Below are positions 57,378 through 64,000 of a DNA stretch of 64,000 nt, piece by piece. The DNA is taken from the NCBI GenBank assembly GCA_963803435.1, contig CAWDML010000004.1:64001-128000 (forward strand). The letters are read 5' to 3'. Position 1 is the first letter of the stretch; every line of letters begins with the position of its first letter. Under the pieces are notes generated by a model. The model had not been told where the DNA came from, did not search any database, and was given only the letters and a program-made list of their open reading frames with translations. The translations under genes were made by a program, and so were the position numbers. This DNA is from an uncultured delta proteobacterium (GTDB lineage Bacteria; Myxococcota; Kuafuiibacteriia; Kuafuiibacteriales; Kuafuiibacteriaceae).

Positions 57378-57861
57378 ATGGTCTCGCAGATGGTGATGTT
57401 CGACGAGGAGGCTCGTCGCATCACGGCTGTTTGCGAGAAGCTGGGCCGTGACGCGAATGCCCGCGTGGTGTTCGTGATCGACAAGAACGGCCAGCTGATC
57501 GCGGCGGCTGGAGAAACCGAGAACCTCGACAGTCACGTCGCTGGCGTCGCTGGTGGCGGGCAAGATCGCGGCGACCGGCGGGCTCGCCAAGCTCATCGGA
57601 GAGAAGGAGTTTTCCACGCTCTTCCACGAGGGCGTGCGCGACAAGCTGCACATCTCGATCGTGGCGAGCCGGGTGATCCTGGTCGTCATCTTCGACAGCC
57701 GATCGCGCCTCGGTCTGGTGCGTCTCCGAGTGAAGAAGTGCACGTGAAGAGCTGGCCCAGATCTTCGAGACCGTGATGAAGAAGACCGGAGGCTCACAGC
57801 AAGCAATCTGCCCTTCGCCGAAATCACCGACGAGGATATCGACAAGCTATTTTCGGTTTGA
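57378..57861 (+). CDS. mglB: MglB roadblock-domain GAP; three frameshifts in this sequence (near 57531, 57745 and 57808)
   Basis: [17 protein letters not shown] / [29 protein letters not shown] / [10 protein letters not shown] / [14 protein letters not shown] in successive frames, matching myxobacterial MglB. Confidence 0.9.
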
Positions 57862-57871
57862 GGACGAGGCC

Positions 57872-58463
<592 letters not shown>

Positions 58464-58475
58464 TTGGCCGGACGC

Positions 58476-60854
58476 TCAGGTCGAGTCGATGATCCGTTGA
58501 ATCTTATGCTCCGCGCGCTGGGCGATTGTCTGCTCGATCGCCTTCCGGATCTCGACGTTCTTGGCGAGCATCGCGTTGAGCTCGGCGGCTTCCATGCGGA
58601 GGAGCTCGCAGGCTTCGAGGGCGCGGACGCTGGCGGTGCGGCGTGAGCCCTCGATCGCGGCGATCTCGCCGAAGACCTCGCCGGGGCTGAGGGTGGCCAG
58701 CTCGATGCGCTCCTCGTCAGGGCCGGTGTAGACCTGCACGGTCCCGGACTTGATCGCGTAGAAGGCGTCGGAGTGGTCGCCCTCCCGGATGACCAGATCG
58801 CCGGGCTCGTAGGTCTCGAACGTGAAGCGCTCGGCGAACATCTTCCGCGCCTTGGTGGTCAGCGCGCCGAAGAGCTCGCTCCTGGCCAGGAGGCTCTCGG
58901 CGATCCGCTCCTTGTAGAAGCGGCGCAGCGACTCGCGCACGGTCGGGAACTCCTGGATCACGCGGTTGAGGGTGTCCTTGTCGGCCTCCAGGATCAGCAC
59001 CTCCGAGAGCGCCTCCACGGTGGCGTTGCGGGGCTCGCCGGTGAAGAAGCCGTGCTCGCCGAAGCAGTCGCCGTCGGACAGCGCGGTGATCGAGATCTTC
59101 TCGCCGGCGAAGCTGGTGACCGAGACGCAGACCAGGCCGCGGCCGAGCATGAAGAACGACTCGCCCGCCTCGCCCTCGCGGATGATGGTGTCGCCGGGCA
59201 GATAGCGCTGGAGCGACAGCGCCGGGATCAGCCCGACGAACTGCTCGGCGTTGAGCGAGGAGAGGATGGGGCTCTCGGCGAAGATGTCCACCGGGTCCGA
59301 GCCCTGGGTGAAGATCCCGGCAAACTCGGAGTAGTCGGCGATCGGGTCGTGCTCGTCGAGCACCGCCTGGAGCAGATCGCGATCGGAGACGCCCTGGAGA
59401 TCGCGGAGTCGCTTGATCTCGTCGCGGAGCGGCTCGTCGAGCTCGGTCTGATCGAGGATCTGCCGGTAGATCGTGGCAGCCTGGATCAAGAGGCCCCGCT
59501 GCGCGAACTTCGCCGCTGCCAGCTTGTAGGCCCCAAAGGCCCGCCGTTTCTCCGCCGCGCGGTCGTAGGTCTCGCCGATGTCGACGAGCGTCCAGAGGTT
59601 CGGGTCGCGCATGAACTTGTTCTTGAGCCGCGCGATCGGACGTGGCGAGGCGTAGCTCCCGGGGAGCGTCCGCTCGAAGCGATCGAGCTCGAGATCGAGC
59701 GCCGTGGTGTGCGAGTCGGGACGTGCCGACGGTACCGGCGCGGTCTGATCGGTCCAGCCGCTGTCGTGCCGCACCGCCTCGCCCTGGCGCCGCGCCACTG
59801 CGAGCAGCCCGGCCGCGGTGTGATCGCCCACCGGCTGCGTGAAGTCGGGCGGAGGCGGCCGGTGATCGTGCGTGTGCTCCTCCTCGTCCTCCTCCTCGGG
59901 CGGTGAGGGCACGAGCCGCGGCGGGTGCTGCTCGTAGAGCTCGAGGATCACCTCCGACAGGCGGTACTGGCTCATCGTCGGGTAGTGCTTGTTGAGGATG
60001 AGCGCCGTCCGCTCGGCCGCCTCGCGCGCGCTGCTGAGGCGCGCCTCGAGCGGACGCGCCAGCGCATGCATGACCAGCTCGTCGAGCTCGGGCGGGACGT
60101 CGGGGTTCTTCGACGACGGCGTCGGGATCGACCCCGACTCCACCGCGGCCATCGTCTCGAAGTCGCTGCTCCGGGAGAAGAGCCGCTCGTTGGTGAGCAT
60201 CTCGTGGAGCACGACGCCGGCGGCCCAGATGTCGGCCTGGGCGTCGACGGTCTCGCCGCGGCATTGCTCCGGTGAGACGTACGCGAGCTTGCCGAAGAGC
60301 TCACCGCGCTGTGTGTCGTCGATCTCGGAGCGGGCCTTGGCGATCCCGAAGTCGCTCACCTTGATGGCGCCGTCGAAGGAGACGAGGACGTTCTGGGGGC
60401 TGATGTCGCGGTGGACGATCCCCGCCTCCCGTCCGTTGCGGTCCCGGCGCATGTGGGCGTACGCGAGGCCGTCGAACACGCCCTTCATGATGAAAGCGGT
60501 GGCGTCGACCGGAAACGGCTGTCCCACGACGCGGCAACGCTTGGCCAGCGCCGAGAGGTCCGCGCCCTCGACGTACTCCATCGCCATGAAGTAGTCGTCG
60601 TCGACGCGACCAAAGTCGAAGATCTGGACGATATTGGGATGGCTGAGCGCGACCGTCAGGCGCGCCTCGTCGATGAACATCGAGACGAACGCCTGGTTCG
60701 TCGAGAGCCGCGGCTGCATCCGCTTGATCGCCAGGAGCTTTTCGAACCCGCCGATCGAAGAAGAGCGGGCGAGCCAGACCTCCGCCATCCCGCCTGTCGC
60801 GATCCGGTGGAGCATCTGATACTTGCCGAAGACCTCCGGCGGACGCATGCCCAC
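58476..60854 (-). CDS. Hanks Ser/Thr kinase with two C-terminal cyclic-nucleotide-binding domains
   Basis: [17 protein letters not shown]; CNB motifs [16 protein letters not shown] and [16 protein letters not shown]; no TM. Confidence 0.92.
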   Translation of the reverse strand: MGMRPPEVFGKYQMLHRIATGGMAEVWLARSSSIGGFEKLLAIKRMQPRLSTNQAFVSMFIDEARLTVALSHPNIVQIFDFGRVDDDYFMAMEYVEGADLSALAKRCRVVGQPFPVDATAFIMKGVFDGLAYAHMRRDRNGREAGIVHRDISPQNVLVSFDGAIKVSDFGIAKARSEIDDTQRGELFGKLAYVSPEQCRGETVDAQADIWAAGVVLHEMLTNERLFSRSSDFETMAAVESGSIPTPSSKNPDVPPELDELVMHALARPLEARLSSAREAAERTALILNKHYPTMSQYRLSEVILELYEQHPPRLVPSPPEEEDEEEHTHDHRPPPPDFTQPVGDHTAAGLLAVARRQGEAVRHDSGWTDQTAPVPSARPDSHTTALDLELDRFERTLPGSYASPRPIARLKNKFMRDPNLWTLVDIGETYDRAAEKRRAFGAYKLAAAKFAQRGLLIQAATIYRQILDQTELDEPLRDEIKRLRDLQGVSDRDLLQAVLDEHDPIADYSEFAGIFTQGSDPVDIFAESPILSSLNAEQFVGLIPALSLQRYLPGDTIIREGEAGESFFMLGRGLVCVSVTSFAGEKISITALSDGDCFGEHGFFTGEPRNATVEALSEVLILEADKDTLNRVIQEFPTVRESLRRFYKERIAESLLARSELFGALTTKARKMFAERFTFETYEPGDLVIREGDHSDAFYAIKSGTVQVYTGPDEERIELATLSPGEVFGEIAAIEGSRRTASVRALEACELLRMEAAELNAMLAKNVEIRKAIEQTIAQRAEHKIQRIIDST

Positions 60855-60952
60855 CCTCGGGCTTTAGCACGGCTCGGAGCGTGCGGGGAAATGGGGGTCG
60901 GCCTCCGGGAGAAGTTGACACCCTTTCGTGTGAACCGTTGAATCCCGGCACG

Positions 60953-62518
60953 ATGCGTGCGCTCTGGGCAGCTCTCCTCGTCCTCTCCTGCGGATCCGAC
61001 CCCACGGATCAAAATGGCGACGGGATCGCCGACGACGTCGCGGTGCCCAACAACGTCACGGTGATCGCGCCGACCAAGCCGCTCGGCTACGCCGCCGGCG
61101 AGGTGTGGGACGCGGCCACCGGACGGCCCCTCGCCGACGCCACGGTGTCGCTCTTCGGCGGGGGGCTCAGCGCTGAGAGCACCAGCGACGCCGCGGGCCG
61201 CTTCGAGTTCGGCCCCATCGCCGCCGGCGCGGTCTTCTCGCTCCAGATCGCGCACGGCGGCCACTACGACGCGGTCCTCTCCGGCCTCTCGATCGACGAC
61301 ACCGCCGGCCAGTTTCCCACGGTCAACGGTGCCCTCTTCGTCGGCCCGATCGCGCTCTTGGCCGACGACGGCGCCTACACGGTTCAGGTCGTCTCCGAGG
61401 CCGGCGCACCCGTCATGGGCGCCTCGGTGACGATTGAGACGGCCGTGCGGTTCTTCGACGACGGCATCGCGCGCGGCACCGGCTACGCGACGGGGTCGAC
61501 CGACCCGGACGGACGCATCAAGGTCACCGGCCTCCCGAACGTCTGGTCGCTCCCGCCTCACTTCGAGCCTTCGGCCGCCCTCGTGATTCGCGTGGCGCCG
61601 GTCGACGCGGACGGCGACGGCGTCTTCGATCTCTCGGGTGCCACCGTGGAGGTCCCCGGCCGCGACGCGCGCAATCAAGCGCTCGTGCCGACCGTCGTGC
61701 TCCATCGCCCGGGAGACCAGCCCCTGGCCGCTCTCGCCTCGAATGTCCCCGGGCTCGCCGGTGCGCCGCCGACGCAGCCTTCGATCGTCGCGCCCGCCGA
61801 GACCGTGCAGATCGTCTTCAACAAGCCGATCGATCGGGAGAGCGTCACGGTTGATCTGCGGAACGAGGATGGCAGCACCGCCATCCAGACCTCGGTGGTC
61901 ACGGGCGCGTTCGAGAACGTTCTCTTCATCGACCCCGTGTCGGATCTGACCGCGGGCGCCGAGTACAACCTGGCGGTGCGGGTGCAGTCGAAGGACGACG
62001 TGCCCGTCGAGATCCTCACGCTCGCCTCACCGTTCTTGATCGAGGACGACCGCAACCAGCCCATCGCTGTGGCCGCCAGCTTCGTCGACCACAACGGTGA
62101 CGGGCTCTGGGGCACCGGCAACGACACGATCGAGCTGACGGTGTCGACGCCCGTCGGTCGAGCGGGCCTGAGCCCGGCTTTCCGGGTCGAGTTCCTGGCC
62201 GCTCTCGACCTCAACGGCACGGCCACCGTGGGCGACGGCCAGGGCGAGCTCGCCCCCGCCGGGTTCGCCCAGCCCCCGCCGCTCGTCCTGGCGGCCTCCG
62301 AGCCGAGCCCAGGCAACGGGGCCGGCCTCTCCGGATTCACACGCATCGTCGCCCCCCTACCGGTGGCGCTGGTGGCGCCCCTGTCCCGCGCGGGCACCAG
62401 CGTCGATATGGAGGTCCGGTTCGTCCCTGACGAGAACGACGGCCGGCTCGTCACCACCGGGAGCGGCCGCCGGGCGCCCGATGTCTACACGGGGCCGCTG
62501 ACGTTGATCTCTCGTTAG
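60953..62518 (+). CDS. Lipoprotein with carboxypeptidase-regulatory-like and Ig-like domains
   Basis: Lipobox VLS-C; GEVWDAATGRPLADATV...SDAAGRF; VFNKPIDRESV; several DxDGDG-type loops. Confidence 0.75.
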   Translation: MRALWAALLVLSCGSDPTDQNGDGIADDVAVPNNVTVIAPTKPLGYAAGEVWDAATGRPLADATVSLFGGGLSAESTSDAAGRFEFGPIAAGAVFSLQIAHGGHYDAVLSGLSIDDTAGQFPTVNGALFVGPIALLADDGAYTVQVVSEAGAPVMGASVTIETAVRFFDDGIARGTGYATGSTDPDGRIKVTGLPNVWSLPPHFEPSAALVIRVAPVDADGDGVFDLSGATVEVPGRDARNQALVPTVVLHRPGDQPLAALASNVPGLAGAPPTQPSIVAPAETVQIVFNKPIDRESVTVDLRNEDGSTAIQTSVVTGAFENVLFIDPVSDLTAGAEYNLAVRVQSKDDVPVEILTLASPFLIEDDRNQPIAVAASFVDHNGDGLWGTGNDTIELTVSTPVGRAGLSPAFRVEFLAALDLNGTATVGDGQGELAPAGFAQPPPLVLAASEPSPGNGAGLSGFTRIVAPLPVALVAPLSRAGTSVDMEVRFVPDENDGRLVTTGSGRRAPDVYTGPLTLISR

Positions 62519-62537
62519 CTCGCCCGGCGAGCGTCGC

Positions 62538-62801
62538 TCACTTCGGCCAGTTGTCCACGTGAACGACGACGGTCGCGTCCTGGCGGAACGGCGTGACGAA
62601 GAACCGAGTCCCGCCCGTCTTCACGATCTTGCACGCCTTGTACTTCCCTTGGGAGGTGTCCTCCTTGGGAAATCGCGTGAAGTAGACCTTGATCTGGGCC
62701 TCCTTGGCGGAGGCCACCTTGGTGAGCTCGCACGCCAGCGCGGCGCTGCTCAGGCCGACCAGCGCGGCGACCACCCAGAGACCGGCCAGGATCCGGCCCA
62801 T
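62538..62801 (-). CDS. Small secreted protein (DUF6150-like)
   Basis: Sec signal ending ALA; AQIKVYFT...FFV..F..DA pattern. Confidence 0.55.
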   Translation of the reverse strand: MGRILAGLWVVAALVGLSSAALACELTKVASAKEAQIKVYFTRFPKEDTSQGKYKACKIVKTGGTRFFVTPFRQDATVVVHVDNWPK

Positions 62802-62862
62802 CCCCAACAGCCTACCACAGGGCGCCTTGCTCGCCAGACCTCGGGCGGGACACTCTGCCCCC

Positions 62863-63336
62863 GTGATCGCGGTCCTCGCGCTCCTGGCGTCGACGGCGAC
62901 AATCGCCGAGGTCCCGCCGGCCCTATGCAATCCGGCCGGGTCCTTGGTCCTGGGCGGCGGCCTTGCCGTGCGGGTGGGCAAGGCCGGCGCTGCGTTCGGG
63001 TTCGGGGTCTCGCTCGGCTACGCCGTGGTCACCGGGGTGGTCCCGGGCGTGCGCGGCGTGTTGATCGCCGGGGAGGGCGTCGGCGCCGAGCTGGCGGCCA
63101 CCCTGACGCTGACACCGCCCTTCGACTGGCCGGTCCTGCCGTTCGCGGTGGCGGAGGGCGGCCATCGCTGGGATCCGGGCGGTCGAGGGTGGATCTACGG
63201 CGGTGGCGGTGGCGTCTCCTTCGGCAGCGCCCGCCTCGGCGTTCAAACGGGATGGATTCTTCGTCGCTACGAGATCGAAGATGGCCCCACGCTGAGCGAG
63301 AGCGGGCCGCTGTTCGCGGTCTCGGCGTCGTTCTGA
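62863..63336 (+). CDS. Probable small outer-membrane beta-barrel protein
   Basis: Signal peptide, amphipathic Gly-rich strands, C-terminal Phe (VSASF). Confidence 0.5.
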   Translation: MIAVLALLASTATIAEVPPALCNPAGSLVLGGGLAVRVGKAGAAFGFGVSLGYAVVTGVVPGVRGVLIAGEGVGAELAATLTLTPPFDWPVLPFAVAEGGHRWDPGGRGWIYGGGGGVSFGSARLGVQTGWILRRYEIEDGPTLSESGPLFAVSASF

Positions 63337-63345
63337 GGAGTCGAG

Positions 63346-63699
63346 GTGCGCGCGGATATCGGACGGTTCTTGGAGGGTCGGCTCCTCGAGACCATCAACG
63401 TGATGAAGGCCGTCTACGACGCCGGCACCGGCGCAGGCAAAGACGTCAACGTATGGATCGACGGTCGCGAGCTGGTCTTCGGCAAGAGCGCCGAGGAGGC
63501 GGGCCGGGGCTTCCTGCGCTTGATCCCGGGTGAGGTGTCGGTCGTGATCGCGTTCCCCAAGGGCAGCGAGATCCTCGATCCGAAGAAGCGCGCGCGTGGT
63601 TATCCGGGATCGCAGACCAAGATGACGCTGTCGCATCCGTCCGATCTCGACACCTACGTTCGGCGGATGATCGACGTGGCGTACGCGCTCGACGGCTAG
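63346..63699 (+). CDS. DUF1801-like hypothetical protein
   Basis: SD GAGG(AG); F.KG..I.DP motif; C-terminal MIDVAY helix. Confidence 0.6.
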   Translation: MRADIGRFLEGRLLETINVMKAVYDAGTGAGKDVNVWIDGRELVFGKSAEEAGRGFLRLIPGEVSVVIAFPKGSEILDPKKRARGYPGSQTKMTLSHPSDLDTYVRRMIDVAYALDG

Positions 63700-63739
63700 G
63701 AGTCTGCTAGGAGCGTGTAGCGCGTAGCGCTACCGCGAG

Positions 63740-63779
63740 CCCGGTCCGGGGCCCGGTCCCGGTCCCGGTCCCGGTCCCG
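63740..63779. repeat. Hexamer microsatellite (CCGGTC)n
   Basis: CCCGGTCCGGGGCCCGGTCCCGGTCCCGGTCCCGGTCCCG just 3' of the four-helix-bundle stop. Confidence 0.85.
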
Positions 63780-63786
63780 ATGGCGA

Positions 63787-63999
63787 TCATGCAGCCCGGC
63801 GTGCGTTCATCGACTTGATGAGGCGCGTGAGCATCTCGACAACGCGCTTGAGCTTGGCTCTGGCGGCTTGGACCTTCTGCCCGTTGGCGAGTCGGCGCCT
63901 CAAGCAGGTGTGGAGTGAGGCGGCGCTTTCGGTGCCAGAGCGAAGTGCCATCCGGTAGAAGCGAGCCTTCTCAGGTGGATTGAACTCTCCGGCGCCCTC
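63787..63999 (-). CDS. Four-helix-bundle protein (23S rRNA IVS / Avd-like family), 5' part outside the window
   Basis: Not in the ORF track. Manual translation: EGAGEFNPPEKARFYRMALRSGTESAASL...RVVEMLTRLIKS, matching the AEG...K.RF...A..S..E signature. Confidence 0.8.
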   Translation of the reverse strand, partial: EGAGEFNPPEKARFYRMALRSGTESAASLHTCLRRRLANGQKVQAARAKLKRVVEMLTRLIKSMNARRAA

Positions 64000-64000
64000 G

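Noticed and set aside
60946-60961. GGCACGATGCGTGC as a sigma-54 promoter
   Set aside because: It overlaps the ATG (60953) of the gene it would drive; TTGACA-N17-TTGAAT at 60915-60943 is a more plausible, though weak, promoter.
63787-64000. Diversity-generating retroelement suggested by the Avd-like gene
   Set aside because: No reverse transcriptase and no template/variable repeat pair seen in this window.

Overview
High-GC chromosomal window, most likely from a Myxococcota (deltaproteobacterial) genome: it carries mglBA, DUF4215-type Cys repeats, several Hanks kinases and many lipoproteins. Housekeeping genes are an S1 protein, polA, mutY, a MutT-like Nudix enzyme, slt, a thiolase and tRNA-Lys. 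Envelope genes include a TMTC-like GT-C with two GT2s, a large Ig/vWA/Cys-rich lipoprotein, a fimU-pilV-pilW-pilX-pilY1 minor-pilin cluster and FemAB/AsnB. Signalling is dense: an RpoH-like sigma factor, a HEAT protein with a degenerate HD-GYP partner, a kinase-MshEN-REC-DUF4388 fusion, a kinase with tandem cNMP domains, a GAF-GAF histidine kinase, two-component genes including an NtrC-type activator, and a TetR with twin operators. There is one decayed IS5-family element with unusually long imperfect inverted ends, and a partial four-helix-bundle gene with a hexamer microsatellite at the right edge. Several conserved genes carry single-base frameshifts (sigma factor, two kinases, thiolase, mglB, mglA); these look more like long-read consensus errors than real decay. 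The most notable observations are a PilY1 with a CxxCH heme-attachment-like motif and an AT-rich palindrome inside its coding sequence, two Hanks kinases fused to cyclic-nucleotide sensors, a candidate bacterial TMTC-like glycosylation module, and a recurring leaderless-type promoter layout. All family assignments come from motif recognition by eye; no database searches were run.
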